The notes: generated by a model not told the origin, from the letters alone. DNA of 64,000 nt from Alphaproteobacteria bacterium (GCA_964291285.2 OZ219785.1:160001-224000); one strand, 5' to 3'; positions 48,414 through 60,331 are shown, numbered from the stretch's first letter. Numbers and translations: made by a program.

Positions 48414-50462
48414 CTACCGGCGCTTCGGCGCGGGCGGGGCCGCGTCGATGAAGCGCCGGGCGGCCTCGGCCTGTCGGGGGTCGGCCTTCCTGAGCGCCCG
48501 GTAAGCTTCCTCCGCCAGCTCCGGGGCCTTGCCCCAGACGCCGGACTGTATGGCGAACCGCAGGGCCTGCGGGTCCTCGGGCGCCATGCCCATCAACCGG
48601 CGCGCATGGCCGGTCATCTCCTCGAAGCGCCCGCCGAGCTGCAGCGACACCAGCAGCGAAATCCTCGCATTGATCGAGTTCGGAACCTGCCGGGCCGCCT
48701 GGCCGTGGAGCGCAATGGCGCGGTCGAAATCGCCAGACCGCGCAAGCAGCCGGCCGGCTTCGAGCAACTGGCCGTGGTTCCTTGCTTTAGCGCAGGTCCC
48801 GGCCAGCCCGTCGCGGTCCGACTCGCTCGCCTCGCGGCCCCGGAATGCGTCGATTCCGGCCGCACAGGCCGAGAAGGCCGCTCCCAGCCAGCGCGTGACC
48901 TCGGCAGCCCTGGGGTCCTCACGCAAGGACAGGAGCGCGCGAACGCCCTCCAGCGGCATCGCCTCGAACCGCCCGTCGCCGCCGCCGACGGCAATCCCCG
49001 CCAATTCGCCGGCTGCGTCCACCAGTGCGCCGCCGCTGACGCCGGGCTGCATGCGCGCGCGAATGTGCAGCCGCCCAAGTTCCGCGCCCTCCCCAGGCCC
49101 CGCAATCAGCCCGCCGGGGTCGAAGACGCGCACCTCCTTCCGGGCGATATCGACGCCGACGGCGTAGAAGTCGCCATCGCCCGGGACTTCGCCCTCGAGG
49201 TCGGGGATGAACCCGTCCGAGGGCAGCCCCGGGACCTCCAGAAGCGCCAGATCGCCGGCATAGGCGGAGGGAACCACCCTCGCCTCCCTCGGCCCGCCGG
49301 GCGTGTGAACGACCGCATCCGGCCGGTCCGCCACGACATGGCGGTTGGTGACGAGCAGCGCGGGTCCGATCCGCGTTGCGCTTGCGGCCGGATCGAAGCC
49401 GGAGACCGGGAAGACCGCCTGCCGGACGAGGCAGACCGGCGCCGGATGGGGACAGTCCGCCAGCGCCTCCGGCTTATCCGGCGCCTCTTCTGCCTCCGGC
49501 GCGGCATCGAAGGAAAGCGGGACGACCCTCTGCCGGCCGTCGCGCAGCAATACGATGTCCACCGGCGCGCCGGGATCGCGTATGACCGCGAATGCCGCAA
49601 TCGCATCGCGCGGCGTGCGCACCCGGCGCTGGCCGATCTTCAGGATCGCGTCTCCGGGCTGGATGCCGGCCGCGTCTGCCGGACCGCCTTCGCTAACCGC
49701 GCCGACCATCGGCGCAGCGACGCTCGCCGGCCGGTCGTGCCCTGCCGCCGCTAGCCTCCAGCCGGGCGCGGGATATTCGACCCTGCCATCGGAGATCAGC
49801 GCCTCGACGACGCGCATGAGCAGGTCGGTCGAAACGGCGAAATTGACGCCGATATTCGTGTCGCCGTCGGAGGAGGCGAAGATCGCTGACATCATGCCCA
49901 CCAGGCGGCCCTGCCGGTCCACCAGCGCGCCGCCGGAACTGCCCGGATTGGCGGCCGCGTCGGTCTGGACGAAGTCCTCCACGGCGTTGAAGCCCGCGTC
50001 CGTCACATGCAGCGCAGAGACCACGCCGCATGTCACGGAGAGGCCGAGCCCGTAAGCATTGGCGATGGCGCATGCCGGCTCCGCCAGCTGCGGGGCGGGC
50101 GCGACCCCGATGGGCCGGAGCCTGGCATCGACGCGCAAGAGGGCGATGTCGCTCGCGGCGTCCTTCGCAACCAGTCTGGCCGGCAGAATGCGGCCGTCGG
50201 ACAGGCGCACATCGATCCGCCGGGCTGGCTCGACCGTATGCCACGCCGTCGCGACGAGGCCGGGCTTCAGGACCACGCCGCTGCCTTCGGGAGCGATGCC
50301 GGGGCGTGTGCCCGCGCCGCCCTGGGGCCGCCCCGGCCAGACCGGCAGCACCGAAACGACCGACTCCAGCGTCTCGGCAGGCAGCGCCTGCGCAGGGGGC
50401 GCCTGGACACCGGCCAGCAGGAGCAGCAGCGCGGTCGCCGGAAGGTATTTTCGACACGGCAT
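48414..50462 (-). CDS. HtrA-like protease with PDZ, a second trypsin-like domain and C-terminal TPR-like helices
   Basis: TAWH, DIALL, QTDAAANPGSSGGAL, PDZ; second TNRHVV, DLALL, QPGVSGGAL. Confidence 0.85.
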   Translation of the reverse strand: MPCRKYLPATALLLLLAGVQAPPAQALPAETLESVVSVLPVWPGRPQGGAGTRPGIAPEGSGVVLKPGLVATAWHTVEPARRIDVRLSDGRILPARLVAKDAASDIALLRVDARLRPIGVAPAPQLAEPACAIANAYGLGLSVTCGVVSALHVTDAGFNAVEDFVQTDAAANPGSSGGALVDRQGRLVGMMSAIFASSDGDTNIGVNFAVSTDLLMRVVEALISDGRVEYPAPGWRLAAAGHDRPASVAAPMVGAVSEGGPADAAGIQPGDAILKIGQRRVRTPRDAIAAFAVIRDPGAPVDIVLLRDGRQRVVPLSFDAAPEAEEAPDKPEALADCPHPAPVCLVRQAVFPVSGFDPAASATRIGPALLVTNRHVVADRPDAVVHTPGGPREARVVPSAYAGDLALLEVPGLPSDGFIPDLEGEVPGDGDFYAVGVDIARKEVRVFDPGGLIAGPGEGAELGRLHIRARMQPGVSGGALVDAAGELAGIAVGGGDGRFEAMPLEGVRALLSLREDPRAAEVTRWLGAAFSACAAGIDAFRGREASESDRDGLAGTCAKARNHGQLLEAGRLLARSGDFDRAIALHGQAARQVPNSINARISLLVSLQLGGRFEEMTGHARRLMGMAPEDPQALRFAIQSGVWGKAPELAEEAYRALRKADPRQAEAARRFIDAAPPAPKRR

Positions 50463-51577
50463 CAGCGGTCTCCGCCGGCCTGTCCGCCCTCGAAACCGCG
50501 CCGCCACTCGTCGAAGCGGCCTTGCTCTATGGCGCTGCGGATTTCGGCCATCAGGGCCTGGTAGAAGGCGGTGTTGTGCCAGCTTAGCAGGGTCGCGCCC
50601 AGCATTTCGCGCGACTTGACGAGATGATGCAGATAGGCGCGGCTGAACTCCCGGCTCGCCGGGCAATCGACGCTTGGGTCCAGCGGCGCGGGGTCCTCGG
50701 CATGGCGGGCGTTGCGCAGGTTGAGCGGCCCCTCCCGGGTCCAGGCCTGCGCGGTGCGTCCGGACCGCGTCGGCAGCACGCAGTCGAACAGGTCTATGCC
50801 GCGCGCCACGGCGCCCACGATGTCGGCCGGCTTGCCCACACCCATCAGGTAGCGGGGCCGGTCCGCCGGCAGCGCATCGGGGACCGTATCGAGGACGGAG
50901 AACATCGCCGCCTGCCCTTCCCCGACCGCGAGGCCGCCGACCGCATAGCCGTCGAAGCCCATCCGCACCAGCGTCTCGGCGGACTCCGCGCGCAGATCGT
51001 CGTGCACGCCGCCCTGCACGATGCCGAACAGGCCGTAGCCGGGCCGGTCCCGGAAGGCGGCTCGGCAGCGCTCCGCCCAGCGCATCGACCGGCGCATGGA
51101 CTCGGCCGCGCCGTCCTTGTCGATGGGCCAGGGCGTGCATTCGTCGAGCGCCATGGTCACATCGGCGTCGAGCAGGTATTGCGCCTCGACCGCGCGCTCG
51201 GGCGTGAGTTCGAGGCGCGCGCCGTCAATATGGCTCCGGAAGCGCACCCCGCCCTCCCCGACTTTGGCGAGGTCGCCGAGCGACATGGCCTGGTAGCCGC
51301 CGGAATCGGTCAGGATCGGCCCCGGCCAGCGCATGAAGGCATGCAGCCCGCCGAGCCGAGCCACCCGTTCCGCGCCGGGCCGCAGCACGAGATGGTAGGT
51401 GTTGGCGAGCACCATCTGCGCGCCGGTTTCCGCCACCATGTCGGGCGTGAGCGCCTTCACGGTCGCCGCCGTGCCGACCGGCATGAACGCCGGCGTCTCG
51501 ACCGGGCCGTGCGCCGTCTGGAGCCGCCCGCGCCGGGCGCGCCCGTCAGTGCCCGTCAGCGCGAAGACCAGCGCCAT
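50462..51577 (-). CDS. tgt: tRNA-guanine transglycosylase
   Basis: [44 protein letters not shown]. Confidence 0.96.
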   Translation of the reverse strand: MALVFALTGTDGRARRGRLQTAHGPVETPAFMPVGTAATVKALTPDMVAETGAQMVLANTYHLVLRPGAERVARLGGLHAFMRWPGPILTDSGGYQAMSLGDLAKVGEGGVRFRSHIDGARLELTPERAVEAQYLLDADVTMALDECTPWPIDKDGAAESMRRSMRWAERCRAAFRDRPGYGLFGIVQGGVHDDLRAESAETLVRMGFDGYAVGGLAVGEGQAAMFSVLDTVPDALPADRPRYLMGVGKPADIVGAVARGIDLFDCVLPTRSGRTAQAWTREGPLNLRNARHAEDPAPLDPSVDCPASREFSRAYLHHLVKSREMLGATLLSWHNTAFYQALMAEIRSAIEQGRFDEWRRGFEGGQAGGDR

Positions 51578-51578
51578 G

Positions 51579-52400
51579 TTACCCTTCGGCCTCGGCTTCC
51601 TCTTCCGCTTCGGCTTCCGCGCGGGCCCGGCGGCGTTCGATGCCGCGCGCGAGAGCAATCGAGATTTCGTAGAGAACGAGGCCCGGGAGCGCGAGACCGA
51701 CCTGGCTGATGATGTCGGGCGGGGTCAGCACCGCCGCCGTCAGGAACACGACCACGATGGCATATTTGCGCCCGCGCGCCAGCTGGTCGGCCGAGACGAT
51801 GCCGGCGCGGGCGACCAGCGTGAGCCCGACCGGCATCTGGAAGAAGAGCCCGAAGGCGAACATGAGCTTGATGACCAGCGAGAGATATTCGGAGACCTTG
51901 GCCTCGAGCTGGATCGGGAGCGTGCCGGTCTCGCCCTCCGCCCCCGGCGCGCCCGGCGTCTCGAAGGTCAGGAAGAACTCCCAGGCGAGCGGCATGACCG
52001 CGTAATAGACCATCGCCCCGCCGGCGAAGAACAGCACCGGCGTCGCCACGAGATAGGGCAGGAAGGCCTGTTTCTCGCGCCGGTAGAGGCCGGGCGCAAC
52101 GAAGCGCCAGAGCTGGTTCGAGATGACCGGGAAGGCGAGGAACAGCCCGGCATAGATGCCGATCTTGATATAGACGAAGAAGGGCTCGTAGAGCGCGGTG
52201 AAGATCATCCGCCGCCCGGCTTCGTCGCCGAGCGCGCGGGCGAGCGGCGCGGTCAGGAACTCGAAGATGTAGCTTGCGACGGAGACGCAGAGGATGAACC
52301 CTACCAGGAGGGCGATGACGGAATAGACCAGCCGGTTGCGCAGCTCGATGATGTGGTCGAGCAGCGGGGCTTCTTTGTCTTCTTCCGCCCCCTGGTTCAC
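51579..52400 (-). CDS. tatC: Tat translocase subunit TatC
   Basis: [30 protein letters not shown]. Confidence 0.96.
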   Translation of the reverse strand: MNQGAEEDKEAPLLDHIIELRNRLVYSVIALLVGFILCVSVASYIFEFLTAPLARALGDEAGRRMIFTALYEPFFVYIKIGIYAGLFLAFPVISNQLWRFVAPGLYRREKQAFLPYLVATPVLFFAGGAMVYYAVMPLAWEFFLTFETPGAPGAEGETGTLPIQLEAKVSEYLSLVIKLMFAFGLFFQMPVGLTLVARAGIVSADQLARGRKYAIVVVFLTAAVLTPPDIISQVGLALPGLVLYEISIALARGIERRRARAEAEAEEEAEAEG

Positions 52401-52747
52401 CAGAGTTTCGCCGGCTTGCCGGACTCGGCGGCGGCCGCCGACGCCGTCACGGAAGGCTGTGGCGAGGCTGCGGCGGGCGGAGGCTGGCTGGCCGGCGGCT
52501 TGACGACGGCCTTGTCGTCAAGCCAGTTGTCCACGCGGGTAGCGCTCTCGACCGATTTCTTGACCTCGTCGAGCTCGGCCTCGCGTGCCATGTCCTCGAT
52601 GCCGGTCTGGAGCTCGCGCACCGTCGCCCGCGCCTTGCGCACCCAGCCGCCCACCGTCTTCAGCATTTTCGGCAGGTCGCGCGGGCCTATGACGACGATC
52701 GCGATAACCGCGATCACGAGCATTTCCGTCCAGCCGATATCGAGCAT
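52397..52747 (-). CDS. tatB: Tat translocase subunit TatB
   Basis: MLDIGWTEMLVI...VIGPRDLP. Confidence 0.95.
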   Translation of the reverse strand: MLDIGWTEMLVIAVIAIVVIGPRDLPKMLKTVGGWVRKARATVRELQTGIEDMAREAELDEVKKSVESATRVDNWLDDKAVVKPPASQPPPAAASPQPSVTASAAAAESGKPAKLW

Positions 52748-52772
52748 GGCGCGTTGCCGGCCCTCCCGGCCG

Positions 52773-52991
52773 TCAGGTGCGGGCTGCGGTGTCTTTTTCG
52801 CTTTCGGCGGCGGCGACGGTCTCCGCCGGCTTGGACTCGATGGCCGTCTCGCGGTCTTCCTCGTTCAAGCCCTTCTTGAAGTTCTTCACGCCCTTGGCGA
52901 GATCGCCCATCACGCGCGGCAGTTTCCCGGCGCCGAAGAGGATCAGGATTATCACCAGGACGATGATGACTTGCCAGGGACCGATGCTCAT
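52773..52991 (-). CDS. tatA: Tat translocase subunit TatA
   Basis: ILFGAGKLP...[11 protein letters not shown]. Confidence 0.95.
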   Translation of the reverse strand: MSIGPWQVIIVLVIILILFGAGKLPRVMGDLAKGVKNFKKGLNEEDRETAIESKPAETVAAAESEKDTAART

Positions 52992-53053
52992 ATGCTGTGC
53001 CTCCTGCTGCTGGCCGCCCTTATCGCAGAAGCGCGCGCCGCCCGCAACGCGGC

Positions 53054-54136
53054 TCAATCGCGAGGAAAGACGAAGACCTGCTCGCCGTCCAGCGAAAGCT
53101 GGCGCACCTCGCCCTCGCCGGCGGGAACGCGGCCGGGGGATCGGACATGGAGATGGACGCCTTCCGGGGCGTCGGGACCGTAAACGCCCCGGGCGGCGGC
53201 GGCGAGCGTGAGATGGACGAGCGTGCTGCGGCCGACCATGCGCACGGCATCGACCCGGGCTTCCGCGCCGGCGCCTTCCGGTTCGCCGATGCGGATCGCC
53301 TCGGGCCGGACAAGCACCTGCACGGCCGATCCGTCCGCGAAACCGGGAGCGGCAACGGACCCGAGCGGCGTTTCCACCCGTCCTCCCGCCACCAGTCCGT
53401 CGAACCGGTTCACCTCACCGAGGAACATGGCGACGAAGGGGCCGGCGGGTTCGCAATAGATTTCCTCCGGCGTGCCGTTCTGGACCACCCGGCCGTCCTG
53501 CATCACCACCACCCGGTCGGCCATCATCATGGCTTCCTCGGCATTGTGGGTGACGAACAGGGTCGCGGCGCCGCTCGTCTTCAGGAGGTGCATGGAATCG
53601 TCGCGCACCCGGCCGCGCAACTCCGGGTCGAGGCCGGAGAACGGCTCGTCCAGAAGCACCAGATAGGGCTCCGGCGCGAGCGCGCGGGCGAGCGCGACGC
53701 GCTGCTGCTGGCCGCCGGAGAGGACATGGGGATAGGCGCCGGCATAGGCGGACATGCCGACCTTGTCGAGCAGTTCGTCGGCCCGGCGGCGTTGCTCCCG
53801 CCCCGCGAGGCGGCTCAGGCCGAAGGTGACGTTGTCGCGCACCCTGAGATGCGGGAAGAGGGCATAGTCCTGGAACATCATCGAGACGCGCCGTTGCTCG
53901 GGCGGCACGGTCAGGCCCGGGCCGGTCACGGTCTCGCCGGCGATGGCGACCCGCCCGGCCGCCGGACGTTCGAGGCCCGCGACGAGGCGCAATGTGGTGG
54001 TCTTGCCGCAGCCGGACGGCCCGAGCAGGCACACGATCTCGCCGGCATCCACCGCGAAGCTCACGCCGTCGAGCACGGTCTCGCCGTCATAGCCGTGCTC
54101 CAGGTCCTCCACTTCCAGAAGAATAGGTGCGCTCAT
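53054..54136 (-). CDS. ABC transporter ATP-binding protein (FbpC/PotA-like)
   Basis: [31 protein letters not shown]. Confidence 0.92.
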   Translation of the reverse strand: MSAPILLEVEDLEHGYDGETVLDGVSFAVDAGEIVCLLGPSGCGKTTTLRLVAGLERPAAGRVAIAGETVTGPGLTVPPEQRRVSMMFQDYALFPHLRVRDNVTFGLSRLAGREQRRRADELLDKVGMSAYAGAYPHVLSGGQQQRVALARALAPEPYLVLLDEPFSGLDPELRGRVRDDSMHLLKTSGAATLFVTHNAEEAMMMADRVVVMQDGRVVQNGTPEEIYCEPAGPFVAMFLGEVNRFDGLVAGGRVETPLGSVAAPGFADGSAVQVLVRPEAIRIGEPEGAGAEARVDAVRMVGRSTLVHLTLAAAARGVYGPDAPEGVHLHVRSPGRVPAGEGEVRQLSLDGEQVFVFPRD

Positions 54137-54150
54137 TCCCGCCGTTCCGC

Positions 54151-54840
54151 TCAGATGACCGTTATGAGCCCCTCGATGATCCATTCGACCGGCCGCCAGA
54201 GCAGCCAGTCCACCGGATTGAACCCGATGCCCGCCCTGGACAGCAGCCAGGGCAGCACAAACAGCACGAGAAGGATAAGCACGATCCCGCCGCGCTCCAA
54301 GCGCGCGAGGCGGCTGGCGATTCGGGCGGGCAGCAGCGCCGTCAGGATGCGCCCGCCGTCCAGCGGCGGCACCGGGAGCATGTTGAAGACGGCAAGCACG
54401 GTGTTGAGGATCACGCTCTTCCGGGCGGTCTCGGCCACCCAGTCGCGCCCCGGAAATTCCGGCGCCCAGCCCAGGGTCTGGAGCACGACCAGCGAGAGCA
54501 CGCAAAGCGCAAGATTGGCGGCCGGGCCCGCGACCGCCACCAGCGCCATGCCGAGCCGGACGGGCCGGAGCCGCCCGAAAGCCACCGGCACCGGCTTTGC
54601 GTAGCCGATCAGGAAGGGCGCGCCGGAAAGCAGCAGCAGCCCCGGCAGCAGCAGCGTCCCGAAAGGGTCGATATGGCGGACGGGATTGACCGTGACCCTG
54701 CCGAGCCGGCGGGCGGTGTCGTCGCCGAGCTTCCAGGCGGCCCAGCCATGCGCCGCCTCATGGCAACCCACGGCCAGCAGCAGGGGCAGCGCCCAGACCG
54801 ACAATTGGTAAAGGAATTCCTCCAGCGAAACGCCGCTCAC
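54151..54840 (-). CDS. Site-2 (M50) membrane metalloprotease
   Basis: HEAAH, AGP, FNMLPVPPLDG. Confidence 0.92.
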   Translation of the reverse strand: MSGVSLEEFLYQLSVWALPLLLAVGCHEAAHGWAAWKLGDDTARRLGRVTVNPVRHIDPFGTLLLPGLLLLSGAPFLIGYAKPVPVAFGRLRPVRLGMALVAVAGPAANLALCVLSLVVLQTLGWAPEFPGRDWVAETARKSVILNTVLAVFNMLPVPPLDGGRILTALLPARIASRLARLERGGIVLILLVLFVLPWLLSRAGIGFNPVDWLLWRPVEWIIEGLITVI

Positions 54841-55802
54841 GACGCCCCCAGCCAGTTCCGGGCGCGCCGCCAGCGCCCTGCCGCCGCCGCCGTCATGCGG
54901 CCGGCCGCGGCGGCGACCTCGGCCATCTCGGCGGCATCTGCGTTGCAGTGGAGCGCGATGTCGCAGCCGGCGTCGAGCGCCCGGCGGGTCCTCGCGCCGA
55001 ACGGACCGTCGAGCGCGCGCATGGAAAGGTCGTCGGTGAGCAGCAGCCCGTCGAAGCCGATACGCCCGCGCACCACCTCCCCGATCACCGCCGGCGAGAG
55101 CGTTGCCGGCAGCCGGGCGTCCCAGTCGCGGTAGAGCACATGCGCGGTCATGCCGACGGGGAGGTCGGCCAGCGCGGAGAAGGCCGCGACCGACGGCTCG
55201 TCCGCGTCGGTATCCGGCAGGGTCTCATGGCTGTCGGCCGCGGCCCGGCCATGGCCCGGCAGGTGCTTGAGCACCGGCAGCACGCCCGCATCCCTCAGGC
55301 CCTGGGCATAGGCGCGGGCATGGGCTGCAACGATGGCGGGATCGCTGGAGAAGGCGCGTTCGCCGATCACCTCATGGGTGAGTCCCGGCGCGTGGACATC
55401 CGCGACCGGGGCGCAGTTCACGTCGATGCCGAGCCCGGCCAGCATCCCGCCGATGGCGCGCGCCGTTGCCCGCGTCGCGCCGACAGGCCCCTCGGCCAGC
55501 CGGGCGGCGGAGGGAAAGGCCGGCCATTCAGGCGGGCCGAGCCGGGCTACGCGCCCGCCTTCCTGGTCGATCAGCACGGGCGCGGCGCCGTCCCCGACCG
55601 CCTCGCGCAGCTCGGAGGTGAGCCGGCGGATGGCGGCGGCGTCCCCGAGATTACGCTCGAAAAGGATGAAGCCCAGCGGGTCCGCATCACGGAAGAAGCC
55701 TCGCTCCCGGGCCGTGAGCACAGGGCCGGCGCAGCCGAAAATGGCTGCAAGCGGCGCCTTGCGCGAGCCGGTCCGCTCAGCGGACGAGGAAGCAATCGAC
55801 AT
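54837..55802 (-). CDS. nagZ: Beta-N-acetylhexosaminidase
   Basis: IDQEGGRVARL, KHLPGHG...DSH, TDDLSM. Confidence 0.94.
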   Translation of the reverse strand: MSIASSSAERTGSRKAPLAAIFGCAGPVLTARERGFFRDADPLGFILFERNLGDAAAIRRLTSELREAVGDGAAPVLIDQEGGRVARLGPPEWPAFPSAARLAEGPVGATRATARAIGGMLAGLGIDVNCAPVADVHAPGLTHEVIGERAFSSDPAIVAAHARAYAQGLRDAGVLPVLKHLPGHGRAAADSHETLPDTDADEPSVAAFSALADLPVGMTAHVLYRDWDARLPATLSPAVIGEVVRGRIGFDGLLLTDDLSMRALDGPFGARTRRALDAGCDIALHCNADAAEMAEVAAAAGRMTAAAAGRWRRARNWLGAS

Positions 55803-56460
55803 CGCGCGCCTTGAGCTGTTCGCAGACGAGTTGCGCCAGCGCCGCGTTCGAGACGGGGCCTGCGCGGACGCGGACGACCCCGCCGCCGTGGGCGAATTGC
55901 GCTTCCATGCGCCCCAGCAGGTCGTCATGCCGCTTCTTGAGCTCCTCCCACGCCTCGCGGGCGGCAGCCTCGGTGCCGAACGCGCCAAGCTGCACGGAAA
56001 GGGGGGTTGCAGTTTCCTGTTGCGGCCTTGCGGACGGCGTCGGGGGCGCGGGCGGGGCGGCAGCGGTCGCGCTGCCGCCCCGAGGGGCGGGCACCGGCAT
56101 GGGCGCGGCTTTCGTGCCGGCTTCCGCCGGTTCGGAGGACGGCGCGGGCGTCGGAGGCGGGATCACCGGCCGGGGCGCCTCCGGCAGCGGGCCGATGGTC
56201 TCCGGCACCGCGCCCGGCCGGCCGCGCACCAGCGCCTCGTAAATGCTCGCATCCTGATGGTCCACCTCGAGCCCTCCCGGCTCCTTCGGCGCTACCTTGT
56301 AATCCCCCTCAGGGGCCTTGACGACGGGCAGGTCTGCATCGCTCGACCCCTGCAGCGCCCAGTAACCGAACCACAGCAGCCCCCCGAGCGCGACGACCGA
56401 CAACACGCCCAGACCCGCCAGCCGGAGCGTGTGGCGCCGGTTGTCGGACGCCGCTGCCAC
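55777..56460 (-). CDS. SPOR-domain membrane protein
   Basis: TM helix, Pro-rich linker, VQLGAF, C-x-x-LK...C; between argS and nagZ. Confidence 0.88.
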   Translation of the reverse strand: MAAASDNRRHTLRLAGLGVLSVVALGGLLWFGYWALQGSSDADLPVVKAPEGDYKVAPKEPGGLEVDHQDASIYEALVRGRPGAVPETIGPLPEAPRPVIPPPTPAPSSEPAEAGTKAAPMPVPAPRGGSATAAAPPAPPTPSARPQQETATPLSVQLGAFGTEAAAREAWEELKKRHDDLLGRMEAQFAHGGGVVRVRAGPVSNAALAQLVCEQLKARDVDCFLVR

Positions 56461-56464
56461 GGCC

Positions 56465-58171
56465 CTACATCCGTTCCACCGGCTCGACGCCGAGCGTCCG
56501 GAGCCCCCCGGCGATGACGATGGCGGTCGCGCGGACCAGCGCCAGCCGGGCGCGCGTGCCAGCCGGGTCGTCCTCCTTGATGAAGCGGAGCCGGGCGTTC
56601 TCGCGGCCCTTCGTCCAGAGCGCGTGGAAATCGGTCGCGGCGTCCATGAGGTAGAAGGCCGCGCGGTGCGGCTCATGCGCGGCGGCGGCCGCCTCAACCG
56701 TCTGCGGCCACGCCGCCAGCCTGCGGATCAGCGCCAGCTCTTCGGGCTCGTCCAGCCGCGCCAGGTCCTCCGCGCCCGCCTCGCCGATTCCCTCGCCGTG
56801 GCGCAGCACGGAGCAGCAGCGGGCATGGGCGTATTGGACATAGAACACCGGGTTGTCACGCGACTGGGCCACCGCCTGGGCGAGGTCGAAATCGAGCGGC
56901 GCATCGTTGCGGCGGGTGAGCATCAGGAAGCGCAGCGCATCCCGCCCTACCTCCTCCACCACCTCGCGCAAGGTGACGAAATCGCCGCTGCGCTTGGACA
57001 TGCGCACCAGTTCGCCGCCGCGCAACACGCGCACGAGTTGGCAAATTTTCACATCCAGCCTAGCATCGGTCGCGGCCGACACGGCCGCCTGCATCCGCTT
57101 GACATAGCCGCCATGGTCGGCGCCCCACACGTCTATGAGTTCCTCGAAGCCGCGCGCCGCCTTGTCCATGTGGTAGGCGATGTCGGAGGCGAAATAGGTC
57201 CAGCCGCCGTCCGACTTCTTCAGCGGCCGGTCCACATCGTCTCCCGCCCCTGTCGAGCGGAACAGCATCTGCTGGCGGCCCGGCTCCCAATCGTCCGGTT
57301 TCCTGCCCTTGGGCGGGTCCAGCACGCCCCAATAGACCAGCCCCTTCTCCTCCAGCCCCGCGATGGCGCGCTCGACGCCGCCGGATTCGACCAGCCCGCG
57401 TTCCGAAGTGAACACCTCCTGCTCGATGCCGGCGGCGGCAAGGTCCTCGCGGATCGCCGCCATCATCACGGCGACGGCCCGGTCGCGGAAGGGCGCCAGC
57501 CATTCGGATTCGCCGGCGTCCCGGTAACGCGGGCCGAATTCCTCCGCAAGTGCTGCGCCCACCGGCTTCAGATAGTCGCCGGGATACATGTCCTCCGCCA
57601 TCGGCCCCGGCGCCGCGCCCAGCGCCTCCAGATAGCGGTGGTGGACGGAACGGCCGAGCGCATCCACCTGGGCGCCGGCATCGTTGATGTAATACTCGGT
57701 GGTGACGTCGTAGCCGGCCCTGGCGAGCAGGCGGGCCAGCGCATCGCCGAAGACCGCGCCCCGTGCATGTCCGACATGCAGCGGACCGGTCGGGTTGGTG
57801 GAGACATATTCGACATTCACCCGCCGGCCCGCGCCCCCGTCCGAATCCCCATAGGCCGTACCTGCCGCAAGGATCGCCGGAATCTGCGCCCGCCAGAACC
57901 CGGGCGCCATGCGCAGATTGACGAAACCGGGGCCGGCGACCTCGGCGCTCGCGACCCTCCCGTCGGTGCGCAGGCGCTCCGAAAGCGCCTCCGCCAGGTC
58001 GCGGGGCTTCATGCGCGCGGCGCGGGCCGCCGTCATCGCCGCATTGGTGGCGAAATCCCCATGCGCGGGGTCGCGCGGCAGTTCCACGCCGGCAGCGGGC
58101 GCGTCCAGCCCGTCCGCAACATCGCGGAGGGCGGCGCGCACGGCCTGTCCGAGTTCGCGAAAAACATTCAT
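56465..58171 (-). CDS. argS: Arginine-tRNA ligase
   Basis: [31 protein letters not shown]. Confidence 0.97.
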   Translation of the reverse strand: MNVFRELGQAVRAALRDVADGLDAPAAGVELPRDPAHGDFATNAAMTAARAARMKPRDLAEALSERLRTDGRVASAEVAGPGFVNLRMAPGFWRAQIPAILAAGTAYGDSDGGAGRRVNVEYVSTNPTGPLHVGHARGAVFGDALARLLARAGYDVTTEYYINDAGAQVDALGRSVHHRYLEALGAAPGPMAEDMYPGDYLKPVGAALAEEFGPRYRDAGESEWLAPFRDRAVAVMMAAIREDLAAAGIEQEVFTSERGLVESGGVERAIAGLEEKGLVYWGVLDPPKGRKPDDWEPGRQQMLFRSTGAGDDVDRPLKKSDGGWTYFASDIAYHMDKAARGFEELIDVWGADHGGYVKRMQAAVSAATDARLDVKICQLVRVLRGGELVRMSKRSGDFVTLREVVEEVGRDALRFLMLTRRNDAPLDFDLAQAVAQSRDNPVFYVQYAHARCCSVLRHGEGIGEAGAEDLARLDEPEELALIRRLAAWPQTVEAAAAAHEPHRAAFYLMDAATDFHALWTKGRENARLRFIKEDDPAGTRARLALVRATAIVIAGGLRTLGVEPVERM

Positions 58172-59331
58172 CCGGGCAAGCGGTCTCCCATGCAGAGGCG
58201 GGCATGTTTGCTGTCGGCGTAGCGGTCGGTCATGCCGGCAATATAGTCCGCGACGATGCGCGCCGCCCGGCGGGCGTCTGCTCCTTCCGCGCGGCGGCGC
58301 CATTCCGGGGGCAGCGCCCCGGGCCGGGCCGAAAACGCACGGAACAGGTCCGCCACCACGATCCTGGCCCTCCCGGTCTCCGCCTCGATACGGGGATGGC
58401 GGAAGAGCCGCTCGCGCATGAAGGCCTTGAGCGCCCGGTCCGTCTCCGCCATGCCTTCCGAGAAGGCGACTAGCGGCCGGCCCGCCCGGCGGACGTCGGC
58501 GGCGGTCTCCGGTCGGGCCTCGGCGAGCCGCCGGCGCGTCTCCGCCACCGTGTCAGCCACCATGGCGCGCACGCCCCGGCGCACCGTCTCATGGATGAGG
58601 CGCGCCGGCGGCAGCCTGCCGTAGCAGGCTTCAACCTCCGCTATGGCCTCCCCGAAGAGCGGCAGGCCCCGCAGATCGTCGAGGCGCAGCAGCCCGGAGC
58701 GGACGCCGTCGTCGATATCGTGGTTATTGTAGGCGATGTCGTCGGCGAGCGCGGCGGCCTGCGCTTCGAGGCCGGGCCACTCGTCGAGGCACAGATTCAA
58801 CTCGCGGTCGAGTTCCGCAACGGGCGGGGAGACCGTGCCGGGCGCGGCAGGCCCGTTATGCTTGGCGAGCCCTTCAAGCGTTTCCCAAGTGAGGTTCAGG
58901 CCGTCGAAGGCGGCGTAACGGGCCTCCAGCCGGGTGACGATGCGCAGGGTCTGTACATTGTGGTCGAAGCCGCCGCAGCCGGCGAGCGCCTTGTCGAGCG
59001 CGGCTTCGCCCGCATGGCCGAACGGCGTGTGGCCGAGATCGTGCGCGAGCGCCAGCGTCTCCGCCAGCGTCTCGTCGAGCGCGAGGCTGCGGCAGATGCT
59101 GCGCGCGATCTGGCCGACTTCCAGCGAGTGGGTCAGCCGGCTGCGGTAATGGTCGCCCTCATGCGAGACGAACACCTGCGTCTTGTATTGCAGCCGGCGG
59201 AAGGCGGCCGAGTGGAGGATGCGGTCGCGGTCGCGCTGGAAGGGCGTGCGGTCGGGGGCTTCAGGCTCCTGCCAGCGCCGGCCCCGCCCGGAACAGGGAG
59301 AGGCGGCATAGGGCGCAAGCGGCGCGTTCAT
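58168..59331 (-). CDS. dgt: dGTP triphosphohydrolase
   Basis: [23 protein letters not shown]-x-[12 protein letters not shown]. Confidence 0.95.
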   Translation of the reverse strand: MNAPLAPYAASPCSGRGRRWQEPEAPDRTPFQRDRDRILHSAAFRRLQYKTQVFVSHEGDHYRSRLTHSLEVGQIARSICRSLALDETLAETLALAHDLGHTPFGHAGEAALDKALAGCGGFDHNVQTLRIVTRLEARYAAFDGLNLTWETLEGLAKHNGPAAPGTVSPPVAELDRELNLCLDEWPGLEAQAAALADDIAYNNHDIDDGVRSGLLRLDDLRGLPLFGEAIAEVEACYGRLPPARLIHETVRRGVRAMVADTVAETRRRLAEARPETAADVRRAGRPLVAFSEGMAETDRALKAFMRERLFRHPRIEAETGRARIVVADLFRAFSARPGALPPEWRRRAEGADARRAARIVADYIAGMTDRYADSKHARLCMGDRLPG

Positions 59332-59495
59332 CGCCGCCGGCCGGCCGCGCTGCCGCCTTCGCCCATCCTGTCGGTCATATGCTGTCCTTTTCGGGGCTTC
59401 CGCCCTGACACCCCGTCCGGCGGCGGCCCGCAACATAGCATTACGGGGCTCCCGAGGGCCAGAGGTCCGTTTTCGTTCTTGCCTGGCAGGGCCGC

Positions 59496-60296
59496 TCAGG
59501 CCCCCCGGAAATTCGCCGGGCGCGATTCGCGGAAAGCGGCGACGCCCTCGGCGAAGTCCTCGGTCAGTTCGGTCAGCATCACCTCCTCCGTGTCCATGTG
59601 GATGGCGGCTCCGGCGAGCGCGCCCGCTATGGCGTTGACCGTCGTCTTGGTCATACGCAGCGGGACGGGCGGCATGGCGGCGGCGCGGGCGGCGAGTTGG
59701 AGCGCGCAGTCCGCCGCCCTGCCGTCCTCCACCACCTCCTGGGCCAGCCCCCAGGCGAGCGCGTCGGCGGCCTCGATGCGGTCATTGCCGAGGCAGAGGA
59801 TCTGCTTGGCGCGAGCCGGGCCCACAAGCGCGACGAGGCGCGGGATCGTGCCCCAGCTCATGGAGAGGCCGAGCGCCACCTCCGGGGCCCGGAAATGCGC
59901 GCCCTTGCCCATCACGCGAAGGTCGAAGGCGGCCGCGAGCGCGAGCCCGCCGCCGATGGCGAACCGCTCTATCGCGGCGACGGTGAACTGCTCCAGCCCC
60001 TCCCAGGCCGCGCAGAGGCGCTTGCCCGCCCCGGCCGCGTGGCGCCGGGCGAGCATCGGCTTGTCGCGGCGCAATTCCATCGCGGGGTCCGCGAGGTCGC
60101 GCCCGGCCGAGAAGCCGCTGCCGTCGGGCGTGCGCAGCACGATAGCGGAGGTTTCGAGGTCCTCCGCGAAGCCCAGCGCGACCTCGGTCAATTCCTCTAT
60201 CGCCTTGAGCGACAGCGGGTTCAGCCGGTTGCCGCGGTCGAAGGTAACGGTTGCGACGCGGCCCTCGCGCCGGATGGAGACATAGTCGTAAGCCAT
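59496..60296 (-). CDS. Enoyl-CoA hydratase/isomerase family protein
   Basis: FSAGRDL, AIGGG, PEVALG, DFAEGVAAF. Confidence 0.9.
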   Translation of the reverse strand: MAYDYVSIRREGRVATVTFDRGNRLNPLSLKAIEELTEVALGFAEDLETSAIVLRTPDGSGFSAGRDLADPAMELRRDKPMLARRHAAGAGKRLCAAWEGLEQFTVAAIERFAIGGGLALAAAFDLRVMGKGAHFRAPEVALGLSMSWGTIPRLVALVGPARAKQILCLGNDRIEAADALAWGLAQEVVEDGRAADCALQLAARAAAMPPVPLRMTKTTVNAIAGALAGAAIHMDTEEVMLTELTEDFAEGVAAFRESRPANFRGA

Positions 60297-60331
60297 GACG
60301 GGAACGGTCCTTGTCGGGTGGCGGGAAGAGT

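Noticed and set aside
50620-50690. Tgt lacks the full CxCxxC zinc motif (VDCPAS)
   Set aside because: I recall this as a common alphaproteobacterial variant; catalytic motifs are intact
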